DNA from: a virus | Lineage: Duplodnaviria; Heunggongvirae; Uroviricota; Caudoviricetes | IMG/VR virus record: IMGVR_UViG_3300031718_000177 | Reading direction: 5' to 3' (one strand) | DNA length: 64,000 nt | In this document: in pieces, positions 1 to 8,993 of the stretch | How positions within the stretch are numbered: the stretch's first letter is position 1 | Layout of the letters: each line of letters opens with the position of its first letter | Translations under genes and position numbers: made by a program | The notes under the pieces: generated by a model | Database searches by the model: none | What the model was told of the DNA's origin: nothing | Seen by the model: only the letters and a program-made list of their open reading frames with translations

Positions 1-74
1 CACATATCCACGTTCGATATGTGTTGCCGTTCCTATCCGCCATCTTCTTTCCAACGGCTTGTTTAGTACAGTTT

Positions 75-437
75 TTATTTCAAATAGACCGGGCCGTGAG
101 CGGTCATGTAGTTCGCTGTTGTTTCGGGCTCGTAGATATTACCTCTAGCGTGCTTCGCCGGTGCTCGCCACGTCGCTGGCTTAAATACGTCGCCAGTAGC
201 AATCTCGACAAAGGCATAGATACGGCTATGCCGCTCTTGGTCCTTTTTCTCGTCATTGACCCAAATCACACAATAGCGACTGCCCATGTTCCCTCGGACA
301 ATGATAGGGATAGGGACGTGCGTATACTGTTGTTTTTCCCAATACTTCCGCATAATCTCCTGGCACTGGACAATCCAGGCGTCCAGGGCGACGAGGAAAC
401 CGGGTGTAATCTTGGCTTGTGTAGTTCGGAAGGACAT
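75..437 (-). CDS. Phage hypothetical protein (YAFVEIATGDVFKPATWRAPAK motif)
   Basis: ORF with RBS; motif recalls a widespread phage family. Confidence 0.75.
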   Translation of the reverse strand: MSFRTTQAKITPGFLVALDAWIVQCQEIMRKYWEKQQYTHVPIPIIVRGNMGSRYCVIWVNDEKKDQERHSRIYAFVEIATGDVFKPATWRAPAKHARGNIYEPETTANYMTAHGPVYLK

Positions 438-458
438 TTTTCGTTTCCCTTGATTGGC

Positions 459-950
459 TTAGTACAGGTTATGGGGCTTGCTGCCTTTACCTGCCTTCTC
501 GGCGAGATGCCTTAATTCCATCCGGCTAACGGCTTTACTGACCCTTCGCGACGGGTTGACTAGGTAGAACGTCCCGCCCGTTTGTCCCGCCGCCTGAAAC
601 GTGTAGGTCTTTGGGAATGTAATCAACCAGTCCGTCCCGCATTCTAGGCGGCGGGGCGTGTTAAAGGCAATGTCCTCGGCAACGTCGCGGGGAATACCGC
701 AAACTTGTAGCAATTGAATGAGACCGTGGGGACCACTGCCCTTGTAGCCCCATAAGACACTGTTAAAGCGTGCAGTACCGTTCAGCCCTTTGACTAGTAC
801 ACCTTCACGGACTACGGTTCCGCCGCCATAACCTTTGAGCTTCGCCCTATACCGTCGTCCTTCGATACTGAGAAGGCGTCCCAGGCGAGCGATATGCTCA
901 AACTTGAGAATAGTGTGCTGCGTGTCTCTTGCGTAGCGATATCGAATCAT
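459..950 (-). CDS. Hypothetical protein
   Basis: ORF tiles on minus strand; ends CTG TAC TAA. Confidence 0.7.
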   Translation of the reverse strand: MIRYRYARDTQHTILKFEHIARLGRLLSIEGRRYRAKLKGYGGGTVVREGVLVKGLNGTARFNSVLWGYKGSGPHGLIQLLQVCGIPRDVAEDIAFNTPRRLECGTDWLITFPKTYTFQAAGQTGGTFYLVNPSRRVSKAVSRMELRHLAEKAGKGSKPHNLY

Positions 951-1082
951 TTTTAGTTGTCCAGTAACTCGGCGGCTAGAAAGCCGATCAAAATAGCTAG
1001 AGCACCTGCGATAATGTATGCCACGCCTTAAAATCCCCTCCGCTCCCTAGTATTGGCTTCCACATGCCCCGTTTGCCGCTTT

Positions 1083-1265
1083 TTACAGTACAGCTTTCTT
1101 GTCGTTCTCTGCTATCTCCTTAAACATCGCTTTCGCCATCTGACGGGCTTCCCTCTTGTTGTCGGCGAAGATATTGACTTCTTTGTAATAGTACCCGATG
1201 CCAACGCAATAGAGCCGCTTGGAGAATACATAAGCACCCTGGAAAGTCTTACGGACGAATCGCAT
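1083..1265 (-). CDS. Hypothetical protein
   Basis: Tiling ORF. Confidence 0.6.
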   Translation of the reverse strand: MRFVRKTFQGAYVFSKRLYCVGIGYYYKEVNIFADNKREARQMAKAMFKEIAENDKKAVL

Positions 1266-1268
1266 TTG

Positions 1269-1410
1269 CTACCCTTTCGGCGTTGTATCGTGTGTGTAGC
1301 CAACTTGCTTATAGGCAAGGGCGATAATCCAACATTCTTCCAGCGTCCCGGTGTATACGCCGTAGTGTTGATAGCCATTTGTGGTAACAAACAGCGTATA
1401 TTTTGTTCAT
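1269..1410 (-). pseudogene. Small ORF interrupted by an apparent 1-nt insertion (MNKYTLFVTTNGYQHYGVY...)
   Basis: GGAAA RBS + ATG; 142 nt = 47 codons + 1. Confidence 0.4.
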
Positions 1411-1526
1411 GGCGATTTCCTACAGTACAGAGAAAATTGGCTAGATAGCGTCGCTTTTGCACGACTACGCACCATGATGGAATTATCGTAGGCGGTCCAG
1501 TGATTCGCTATCTAGCCAGTGTATCC

Positions 1527-1667
1527 TTACGTCTGGACAGTGATACACAGGTCGGGGATGCCAAAGGTATGAATTGCGTTCCCCATTGCTTCGTCGTAAG
1601 TCGCACCATATACACAACCCAGAAAACGATGCGTGCTAATGCGAAAAACATTCCATTTTCTTTCCAC
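1527..1667 (-). CDS. 46-aa hypothetical protein (not in ORF track)
   Basis: AGGAG RBS 7 nt before GTG; MERKWNVFRISTHRFLGCVYG... Confidence 0.6.
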   Translation of the reverse strand: MERKWNVFRISTHRFLGCVYGATYDEAMGNAIHTFGIPDLCITVQT

Positions 1668-1696
1668 TGTGTAGCTCCTGTTTATGTGCGGGTTGA

Positions 1697-1860
1697 GGAT
1701 TTAGCTAGGTTTTAAGGGGCTTTTAGCTATGTTTTATTGGGGATTTAGCTAGATTTAGGGGAAGGGGGGCTGGGAACTACCTTATTCCCTTTCCCCTACT
1801 TTTACCCCTTTTGTCTCACTTGTTGCCCCTTGTTCCTTATCGTTTGCCCCGTTTTCGCCT
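1697..1860. repeat. Phased repeat arrays flanking a G/C-rich palindrome (iteron/operator-like)
   Basis: TTTAGCTA at 1700, 1722, 1744; TTRCCCC at 1802, 1823, 1844; inverted repeat 1756-1766/1787-1798. Confidence 0.75.
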
Positions 1861-1908
1861 CATTTACACAACATAATACAGGAAAAGGCGTTATTAGCTG
1901 GGTATTAG

Positions 1909-2157
1909 CTACCCCGAAACATTAAACCATCCCGGTAGTACAATCCTAACTTCCTTATACCACTCGGGATGCTCGGGGTCAGGCGGTTCGGGAAACCGCT
2001 CAAATGCTTCTAACTTGACCGAGATACGTTTTTCGATGATTGGCTCGTTTGCCCTTGCCCTGCAATTCATTACAACAACAGGGACTTTATTAGCGTCACG
2101 GTCCTTGATCGAATCGCGAATTGCTTGTAGTTTGGATATTAGTTCTCCTAATTCCAT
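1909..2157 (-). CDS. Hypothetical protein
   Basis: Tiling ORF with GAGG RBS. Confidence 0.7.
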   Translation of the reverse strand: MELGELISKLQAIRDSIKDRDANKVPVVVMNCRARANEPIIEKRISVKLEAFERFPEPPDPEHPEWYKEVRIVLPGWFNVSG

Positions 2158-2200
2158 AACTACCTCATTGTGGAATGTCGCATAGCATTAGCCCTCCTCG

Positions 2201-2308
2201 TTACTCACCCCAGAGAAAAGAAAAGAACAACACCCAGCCGGCAATCACTAGGATACTAATTACCCATGCTAGGAGTCGTATGGAGTCGTGTTTAGTCCGG
2301 CGTATCAT
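2201..2308 (-). CDS. 35-aa single-TM peptide (not in ORF track)
   Basis: MIRRTKHDSIRLLAWVISILVIAGWVLFFSFLWGE; TGATG coupling to upstream gene. Confidence 0.5.
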   Translation of the reverse strand: MIRRTKHDSIRLLAWVISILVIAGWVLFFSFLWGE

Positions 2309-2517
2309 CAACCCCTATCCCCGAACTTAGTCGCCTGTATATCCTCTTTGGCGTCTTCCCCTCGGAATGAACCATACCCAGCCGGTTGCTTTGTGAGGTA
2401 GCCCGATGCCTTTAGCTCGTCTAGTTTGAGTGTTCTGTGTAGCGAGCAATACCGTTCCCCTCTAAGTGCGTTGTAATGGCAATTGGGGACGGCACAAGGC
2501 TTTAAGGGCGACAACAT
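2308..2517 (-). CDS. Small zinc-finger protein (CxxxxC...CxxH)
   Basis: KPCAVPNCHYNALRGERYCSLHR. Confidence 0.6.
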   Translation of the reverse strand: MLSPLKPCAVPNCHYNALRGERYCSLHRTLKLDELKASGYLTKQPAGYGSFRGEDAKEDIQATKFGDRG

Positions 2518-2671
2518 ACGCTAGTTCCCTTTTACTCGCTCTTCCAATCGCTTTAGTTCGGCTTCATCGGCTTCCCGAATCGCACGCCCATTCTCACCCT
2601 TGTAAGATCGCCCCTTTTCGCAATCTTCGATCCATTTTCGCTACTGTGCTAGGCGATTCTGCCAATACGCT

Positions 2672-2929
2672 TTATCGTATCTCATCTGTTTGATACCCCT
2701 CAGTCGATAGTGTTGAGTCGCGCGAGGGGCTATCAACAAAGGTATCTGTCTCAATGTTGTAACGTAACCAAACTTGATGCCCTGCTTCAACAAATGCGGC
2801 GGGTCTCACTTTGAGAGTACGCTCGGGGTCGTGAGCCATGAACCTAACTTCGCTACGTCGCCCAAACAAGGTTTGTGCTTGTTGAATCTTGAAAACCAGT
2901 TGTTCGCCAGTCATAGTTACTATTCCCAC
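2672..2929 (-). CDS. Hypothetical protein
   Basis: Tiling ORF. Confidence 0.65.
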   Translation of the reverse strand: MGIVTMTGEQLVFKIQQAQTLFGRRSEVRFMAHDPERTLKVRPAAFVEAGHQVWLRYNIETDTFVDSPSRDSTLSTEGYQTDEIR

Positions 2930-3255
2930 TCAACGATGACTTGTTCGCCGTCTTTGACTAGTACAGGATAAAGGCCGGGCCATTCGACGCCTAATCCGAG
3001 CTTACCGGCGTATCTCTCAAATGTAAAGATAGCGGAATCGCTGCTAGGTGCTTCTCGTTCGTTATGCTCTTTCTCTTGGGCAGAAGCCGCTTTCTTAGCG
3101 AGCATTTCCAAGCGAATAAATTGCCAGGGTAGAATACCTAGACGTTCGGGATAACGGTTGAACATGGCGTTATTAACCTTTAATACCAAATCCGCAGGTT
3201 GCGGATATAGGGGTTGTTTTGCTGGTAGGCGATGTAAAGTTGTGCATCTCTCCAA
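2920..3255 (-). CDS. Hypothetical protein
   Basis: Tiling ORF. Confidence 0.65.
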   Translation of the reverse strand: MERCTTLHRLPAKQPLYPQPADLVLKVNNAMFNRYPERLGILPWQFIRLEMLAKKAASAQEKEHNEREAPSSDSAIFTFERYAGKLGLGVEWPGLYPVLVKDGEQVIVEWE

Positions 3256-3336
3256 TGTTTGATTGGAAAGAAGTCGCTACCCTTCCGCCACTTGCAGTCG
3301 GCGAGATATTCCCAGGTAACAGCGACCATAGTACAC

Positions 3337-3582
3337 CTAATCCCACCAGAACGAATTGACCTCAACCATTTGCTTACCGTAGTCGGGATGCCCTTCATTA
3401 TCAACGCGAGCTAACTTGGCCTCGACATTCCTAGCACATAAGGCACCCCGCAGGGCGATTAGGTTACTATACGGTTGACCGATGCCGATATACACATCGC
3501 GAAACTTGCCAGCCCCGCCATGAAAATCATCAACGGTCAATCCGTAAGCCTTAACTAGCTCTTGTAATTCTGCGATGGTCAT
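3337..3582 (-). CDS. Hypothetical protein
   Basis: Tiling ORF. Confidence 0.7.
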   Translation of the reverse strand: MTIAELQELVKAYGLTVDDFHGGAGKFRDVYIGIGQPYSNLIALRGALCARNVEAKLARVDNEGHPDYGKQMVEVNSFWWD

Positions 3583-3620
3583 AATACACCTAGATTACGT
3601 TGATGCCGTGCTGGATGTTC

Positions 3621-3812
3621 TTAGCTGCATCGACGGGATAGAGTTTTAACAGCTTCCATTGCTCGCCGAACGGGCTGGGCACCCCAATTCGTATACTTAC
3701 GTGCATAGTTGGGGAATGCCTTATGAAAGGCGTCGTGAAACTCACTACTCAAAGCACTAGCGTCAGTGTTGTTATCTTTGAGGTAGGAGAGTACCCATTG
3801 TTCCGGAGTCAA
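3621..3812 (-). CDS. Hypothetical protein
   Basis: AAGGAAA RBS; CTGTACT 22 nt upstream. Confidence 0.65.
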   Translation of the reverse strand: MTPEQWVLSYLKDNNTDASALSSEFHDAFHKAFPNYARKYTNWGAQPVRRAMEAVKTLSRRCS

Positions 3813-4073
3813 TCTGTTTCCTTCGCTTCACCTTAGTACAGCTTTGTAATCGGCGGTCGTGCCTAACTAGCGATAAGTGGCCACTATCGCTAATCCCGTT
3901 ACACTAAACCCCGGACTTGCCGACGTTGTAGGATGGTTAGTTCCTACTCTAACCGCTTTATTCGCTTTTTGTTCTTTCCTTTTGTTCCGGCTCCTCGACG
4001 GTGTTACTTCACAAATCGCAATTTATGCCCATGCTTGGCGAAGATAGCACGCATTCGACTTTTGATATTGTTG

Positions 4074-4292
4074 TCATTCCTTGCAGATGTGCGTCAGCGT
4101 CAAGTCGCCGTTCAGCGTATGTATTTCGGCTTGATCTCTTTTGCTAGGAATGATCTTACTCATTCTCCTATCTAGCTCGATCATTGGTACCCCTGGCCCA
4201 TCGTGACAGAGTTGGCCGAATACGCAATGCTTATCACCGGCACTGGAATAGACGTAGGAGAGCTTATCTGTGTGAACAGTGAAAGTTGCCAT
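4074..4292 (-). CDS. Hypothetical protein
   Basis: GAGG RBS. Confidence 0.65.
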   Translation of the reverse strand: MATFTVHTDKLSYVYSSAGDKHCVFGQLCHDGPGVPMIELDRRMSKIIPSKRDQAEIHTLNGDLTLTHICKE

Positions 4293-4321
4293 TATGAAAC
4301 CTCTTTGTTTTCTTCTTCGGT

Positions 4322-4966
4322 TTATATAGTACAGAGCTTAATAAACATTTCCTCGCGTGTCATCCCTTTAGGGAATCGACCGGAAGGCGTGCAGGGAATT
4401 GGCTTATCCGTGATTAGGTTGCCCTCTTTGTCTTTATGCTGGACTGTGAACGGGCAAGGGATAGTGCCATTGAAAATGTTTCGTTCATACTTGGCAAGGT
4501 CGGGGTTTGTATAGGGCGGTCGCTGACGGTTAGCGGGGCTTTTCATAGTCCCTAGCGGGAAGGTAATGAGAGTATCGGGGGGAAGGTATTTGTATTCTGT
4601 TCTGCGTCTGTATTTCCTCTTCTCGTCATACCCCCATGTCTCAAACTCGCAAGCAATACCCTGTTCGGTAGGTTCTTCGCCTATCTTTCGGTAAGTCGTC
4701 CCCTCATAGACGAATTGGGTATAATAGGCAAGCGACTTTAGCTCAAACTCCCACCATTTACGGTTTGTGGGTATTCCTAACTTGGTGGATGTGCCTTGCG
4801 GTCGCTCGTCGTGTATTGCTCCGCACTTACATTGCCACAGTAAGGGAGCAACCTTGACCATTCTTATTAAGCCGTTGCACCGCCCACAATACGGACAATA
4901 GCTAGGGTCTTTAGCTGCATTTATTCGGATTTGTTCGCTCATTGCTATTCCATAATCGCGAGACAA
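4322..4966 (-). CDS. Hypothetical protein with N-terminal Cys zinc ribbon
   Basis: CPYCGRC...WQCKCG. Confidence 0.7.
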   Translation of the reverse strand: MSRDYGIAMSEQIRINAAKDPSYCPYCGRCNGLIRMVKVAPLLWQCKCGAIHDERPQGTSTKLGIPTNRKWWEFELKSLAYYTQFVYEGTTYRKIGEEPTEQGIACEFETWGYDEKRKYRRRTEYKYLPPDTLITFPLGTMKSPANRQRPPYTNPDLAKYERNIFNGTIPCPFTVQHKDKEGNLITDKPIPCTPSGRFPKGMTREEMFIKLCTI

Positions 4967-5065
4967 CTCGTTCGCCTCAATAGCTGAACGTAGTACACTG
5001 CCTCCTCAATCTCACAACCGCCCCACAGAACTAGGAACATAAAAAACTTAAAGTGTGGGCTCATT

Positions 5066-5320
5066 TTAGATTGGTTCCAATGATTCCAACTCTGTATAGT
5101 CGATACCGATAAGATGACCATCAAACTCGACATTGACGTGTTTGGAGTTATCGAATACTCGTTCAATGACCCCAACTTGTCCCTTTAATCCCCGCAATAT
5201 ATCCCGCCATTGGAATTGTTCGCGAGTATAACCCATGTGGGCAGGGACACTGCGGGCATGACGTTGTAGCACATCGTCTCGTAGCTTCACCTTATCGCCG
5301 GTATTGGGGCGTGTTTGCAT
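5066..5320 (-). CDS. Small SH3/KOW-like beta-barrel protein
   Basis: GDKVKLR...GQVGVIERVF...VNVEF pattern. Confidence 0.65.
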   Translation of the reverse strand: MQTRPNTGDKVKLRDDVLQRHARSVPAHMGYTREQFQWRDILRGLKGQVGVIERVFDNSKHVNVEFDGHLIGIDYTELESLEPI

Positions 5321-5511
5321 TAGATTGATTCCTTCGGTGGATAGGTGAACTCTAGCTTATGTTGGTTGATTAAAGTACATCCCCATCGGAATAGTCGGTT
5401 CTTGATTTCGGCTTGATTACGGTCAGCGTTGACTACAAAGGTTTCCTTGCCGAGAGTTATGCCAGCCCCTTTGCTCTGTAGGAATCTGGTGATAGCTTTA
5501 TTGCTGTGCAT
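5320..5511 (-). CDS. Hypothetical protein (start reassigned to internal ATG)
   Basis: Avoids overlap with the next gene; in frame. Confidence 0.55.
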   Translation of the reverse strand: MHSNKAITRFLQSKGAGITLGKETFVVNADRNQAEIKNRLFRWGCTLINQHKLEFTYPPKESI

Positions 5512-5512
5512 C

Positions 5513-5710
5513 CTAGATTGGTTCCAACTCTTCGGCGGTATAACGCTCGTCATCGCCGGTAAAAGGATTAGTAATATCGGCGTCATCCCACTTGACATAA
5601 TACCAGGGGAAACTCCCATTGCCAGGGACGCAAGTAGTAACCTCACCAGTACATCGGTAATACTTGTGTCTAACACGCTGGCCAGGGCGGAAAACGTAGT
5701 TGACTGCCAT
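5513..5710 (-). CDS. Small SH3-like protein
   Basis: FRPGQRVRHKYYRCTGEV...WYYVKWDD. Confidence 0.65.
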   Translation of the reverse strand: MAVNYVFRPGQRVRHKYYRCTGEVTTCVPGNGSFPWYYVKWDDADITNPFTGDDERYTAEELEPI

Positions 5711-5834
5711 TGGCTTATCTCTATGCCGAGAGTGAGGCTTGGGTTTCGAGAGAGTAATTGAAGATGCGCAGGGTGTATTCAACACCCCAGAGATTGCACA
5801 TCAGTACGAACAAAGCAAATTCGTCGCTCATCTT

Positions 5835-6125
5835 TCAACCTACCGTTACCTCTACCTTAACCTCGGTTACGACTTTGGCGGGAGTGAATAAGCCAGCCTT
5901 AAAGGCAGTACGACTAGCTGTAGCCCGCTTAATCTCGGCTTCCCATTCCGCTCTGTAGGTATATATTTCGATATCCCAACTATGTTCGGTGCCTGCGGGA
6001 TAACCATGTCCAGGGTTAGTTCTGCTCCGCTCGTCGCCCGGAATGTAGGTAGAGCGTGGCTTGAGAATCAAATAGATAGGTTCGTCGCCAATCTCTTGCG
6101 GTTGTGTCGGAAACTTGCGGGCCAT
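5835..6125 (-). CDS. Hypothetical protein
   Basis: Tiling ORF. Confidence 0.7.
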   Translation of the reverse strand: MARKFPTQPQEIGDEPIYLILKPRSTYIPGDERSRTNPGHGYPAGTEHSWDIEIYTYRAEWEAEIKRATASRTAFKAGLFTPAKVVTEVKVEVTVG

Positions 6126-6134
6126 TGGTTTGCC

Positions 6135-6584
6135 TTAGTTTGGGTAATTACCCTCTCGGATATGACGCCGTATGTTCTTTCTTACTTGGTCAAGGTGTTT
6201 CTTGTTCCAACCGCTCGGTACGTTCGGATCACAGGGCGGCAGGTCAATACCCCAATAGCCGATGGTAATGCCTCGGGGAGTGAAGGCGGTAATTTGGCCG
6301 CCATACCAAGCAACGAAATAGCTATTTTTGGTGTCAATCTCGACGATAAGGGCATCTTTAAGTTGCTCGGCAAGAGTCTCTAGATTCAATGCCAAGCACA
6401 TATCGACGATGGTTTGAGTCTTACGGGTTTGTTTGTTCATGTTTTCCCTTAGTACAGGCGTTAGTTTCTTCCCCAAAACATAGATAGCTTTGTTCGTCTT
6501 CGCTTGCTGGGATTGGAGCAATGCCTCCCCTACTATCCTCGCCAGATGTGGGTCTAGGGATATCTTAACCGGGTTCTTGCTCAT
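6135..6584 (-). CDS. Hypothetical protein (possible internal start at 6440)
   Basis: CTGTACT-AAGGGAAAAC-ATG at 6440. Confidence 0.65.
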   Translation of the reverse strand: MSKNPVKISLDPHLARIVGEALLQSQQAKTNKAIYVLGKKLTPVLRENMNKQTRKTQTIVDMCLALNLETLAEQLKDALIVEIDTKNSYFVAWYGGQITAFTPRGITIGYWGIDLPPCDPNVPSGWNKKHLDQVRKNIRRHIREGNYPN

Positions 6585-6887
6585 TCATGGGTTTCCCTTA
6601 GTACAGGCTAGTCGCATAAGCAACTCGCCATAAATTCTAGTAAGGACAAACTTGACCGCAAGTGGCTCTTTGTTGAAGTGCTCCGGTGTATTACCCAGGT
6701 GCCCGTAGATGGTAATTGCCTCATCTTCAGTGATTGCCGACCCCATATAAGCCGATTTCAACATTTGAAACCGCCTGAAGTCGGCGTCACACATATCTAG
6801 GTCTTTGCTGTGTAGCTCGACTTGTTCCTTGGGAAGCCCATCTACTTTAGATTGGACTTTGGCGATGGCAAGAGTGATGCGATTCAT
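6585..6887 (-). CDS. Hypothetical protein
   Basis: CTGTACT-AGGAATAACC-ATG. Confidence 0.75.
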   Translation of the reverse strand: MNRITLAIAKVQSKVDGLPKEQVELHSKDLDMCDADFRRFQMLKSAYMGSAITEDEAITIYGHLGNTPEHFNKEPLAVKFVLTRIYGELLMRLACTKGNP

Positions 6888-6965
6888 GGTTATTCCTAGT
6901 ACAGCGTGACGTGGGAATCAGGCATTTCCCTTTTCCCTAAAAGCGTCGCCCTGTTATTTCAAGGG

Positions 6966-7244
6966 TTAGGCTACCGTCACTTTGTAGCTACCTATTGACC
7001 TGACGTTGACTAAGTGGCAGATACGCTGTTTGTCTTGGTCGGTTAGAGGTTCGCCAGCGAGAACTAGGTCAGTTGCTCGGGTATCATCGCCCGGCTTAAT
7101 AGGTTCATTAGCTGCCTTTAATAAGGTAGCTAAGTCGTTCCCTTCGCCGGGGAGTGTCCAATGTGTTCCAAGTGGTGGTTTAGTAGACAAATCGAAGCCC
7201 ATGCCTAAGCCGGTCATTGTTATTATTCCTGTCCTTCGTTCCAA
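6966..7244 (-). CDS. Hypothetical protein
   Basis: Tiling ORF. Confidence 0.6.
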   Translation of the reverse strand: MERRTGIITMTGLGMGFDLSTKPPLGTHWTLPGEGNDLATLLKAANEPIKPGDDTRATDLVLAGEPLTDQDKQRICHLVNVRSIGSYKVTVA

Positions 7245-7417
7245 TCCCGATACTCATCTGTATCGTCTTTCTCGTTGTCTTCTTGTAAGTCAGCAGGGTA
7301 AGGTTCCACCCGACTATCAAACCTATGTGCTGTCTCATTATGATGTGCTTCCATATCGCTAATAATGCGGCTATGAAAGTTACACAAGCGACACTGATAC
7401 CAGATGTGGTGAGTCAT
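7223..7417 (-). CDS. C2H2-like zinc-finger small protein
   Basis: CRLCNF...HHNETAH. Confidence 0.55.
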   Translation of the reverse strand: MTHHIWYQCRLCNFHSRIISDMEAHHNETAHRFDSRVEPYPADLQEDNEKDDTDEYRDWNEGQE

Positions 7418-7426
7418 TTTAATAAT

Positions 7427-7472
7427 CGCTATTAGCGGGTTATTAAGCCCGTTATTAAGTTATTAACGGGCT
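7427..7472. repeat. Nested GTTATTAA direct repeats and inverted repeats
   Basis: GTTATTAA x3; AGCCCGTTA/TAACGGGCT hairpin; CGCTA-T-TAGCG. Confidence 0.65.
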
Positions 7473-7807
7473 ATAAAACGAGATAAAACTTCCGTCGCAA
7501 ACTCTTTGCGGGCTTGTGCATACCGCTTGCAATGATGGAAACGGTGCATCGCACGTTTGATCGGCCGAAGTTCATAGCCGATATTAGTTAGCTCGCGGGC
7601 AAGGGCTTTGTATTCTTTAGGTGTAGCAAGTCGGGTATTGTTGATAACTCCGTAATAATCTGCCGCACCATGTTGGCCGACATGGGCATAGGATTGACAA
7701 TGCCCGTCAAGGTCGGCGGCAATCTCGGGGAATAGGGCAATGATAGTCCCGTCGTCCCGATACTTGCGGAAAACAACTACAGCTTGGTCTTTGTATCGTT
7801 TTGTCAC
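7463..7807 (-). CDS. Conserved phage/MGE hypothetical (VVFRK...IALFP...SYAHVGQHG)
   Basis: Recognisable family motif. Confidence 0.8.
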   Translation of the reverse strand: MTKRYKDQAVVVFRKYRDDGTIIALFPEIAADLDGHCQSYAHVGQHGAADYYGVINNTRLATPKEYKALARELTNIGYELRPIKRAMHRFHHCKRYAQARKEFATEVLSRFIAR

Positions 7808-7811
7808 GTTT

Positions 7812-8087
7812 CTACTCGGTGATGTAATCGTACTCGATTTCGCTTAATTCGCCGCGACCATATAGCTCGTCGGCAATTCTATGAACGAGCCATATCGGGT
7901 TAGTTTTTGGTCCCATCTTGACTAGAAGGCATTGAAAATCACGGTTTTCGGGATAACGATCTAGCTTATCGCCACCCAGCATTCGCCTAAGACATGACGA
8001 AGGAATCATCCTTATCCGTTTGATGCCAACAATAGCATCTTCGGTATAATATCTGAATTCCTCGCGGTCAGCCTCCGTAATTTGCAT
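7812..8087 (-). CDS. Hypothetical protein (start reassigned to ATG 8087)
   Basis: CTGTACT-ACGGGAAGCAA-ATG. Confidence 0.6.
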   Translation of the reverse strand: MQITEADREEFRYYTEDAIVGIKRIRMIPSSCLRRMLGGDKLDRYPENRDFQCLLVKMGPKTNPIWLVHRIADELYGRGELSEIEYDYITE

Positions 8088-8445
8088 TTGCTTCCCGTAG
8101 TACAGTAAGCCTCTGGTTCGCACGGTCGATTGCTGCTAATCTCTCTTTGGTGTAATCTTCCCCGTAGCAAGTAACATACCATTGATTGCTATTCCAGAAC
8201 TTGCCACCAAAACCTAGCGAACCTTGGAAACGGTATTCAACACATCCCCCTTGTTCTTGAGCCACTACAAAGAAGATGCGGTTGTGTTCGCCAGCCCCGC
8301 ATTCTTCTACCAGGATATCATATATCTTGTTAGCAGTATCGGAGTCGATAGCTTCCGCTCGCCGTCGTCGCTTGGTTTCTTCCGCCACTGATTCCCTTAC
8401 CTTTGCTTGTTCGGGAGTAGCTTTTTCGCCGGCTGGATTAGTCAT
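8068..8445 (-). CDS. Conserved phage hypothetical (EYRFQGSLGFGGKFW)
   Basis: Recognisable family motif. Confidence 0.8.
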   Translation of the reverse strand: MTNPAGEKATPEQAKVRESVAEETKRRRRAEAIDSDTANKIYDILVEECGAGEHNRIFFVVAQEQGGCVEYRFQGSLGFGGKFWNSNQWYVTCYGEDYTKERLAAIDRANQRLTVLREANANYGG

Positions 8446-8767
8446 GGACTAAACCTTTCAATTCAATTAGTCGGTCAATGAGTAGCTGGATGTTCTTTTT
8501 GGAGATAGCACTATGGTATTTATCTACTCCCTCGACATAGAGGGACATATCGCCTTTGCCGTCAATGGGAGTACGCCAGCGTGTAGCTGGTGGCCAGCTA
8601 TTGCAGGTGCTCACTTTCCAGCCACGGTAAGTACAAGTGATAACTTGATGGTTAAGTTTGGGCTTGGGCTTCTGCTTGTTGAGATATGCTTTTTCTAGTC
8701 GGCGTCTTTTCCTTTGTTGATGTTTCCTTCGGACGGGATTACCGAATTCGTGTCCTTTTGGCCGCAT
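8438..8767 (-). CDS. Basic hypothetical protein
   Basis: Tiling ORF. Confidence 0.6.
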   Translation of the reverse strand: MRPKGHEFGNPVRRKHQQRKRRRLEKAYLNKQKPKPKLNHQVITCTYRGWKVSTCNSWPPATRWRTPIDGKGDMSLYVEGVDKYHSAISKKNIQLLIDRLIELKGLVHD

Positions 8768-8993
8768 CGTGATTATCCTTCCATGTTGCGGACTTGATGA
8801 AAGGGAGTAGAAGTTTTGTTTGCTTGATTAGCTCGTGAATCTTCGGTAAGTCAACTTCGAGGGAAGATACACCATCTTCCATATTCATAACATGACCCTC
8901 TATCGCCATCAGCATAACGATAAGCTGGTCATGCGGAGTCGCTTGGTGGAATTGTTCGGGTTTAGTTGTCATAATTGTTACTCTTGCTTTCAA
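8739..8993 (-). CDS. Hypothetical protein
   Basis: Tiling ORF. Confidence 0.6.
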   Translation of the reverse strand: MKARVTIMTTKPEQFHQATPHDQLIVMLMAIEGHVMNMEDGVSSLEVDLPKIHELIKQTKLLLPFIKSATWKDNHDAAKRTRIR

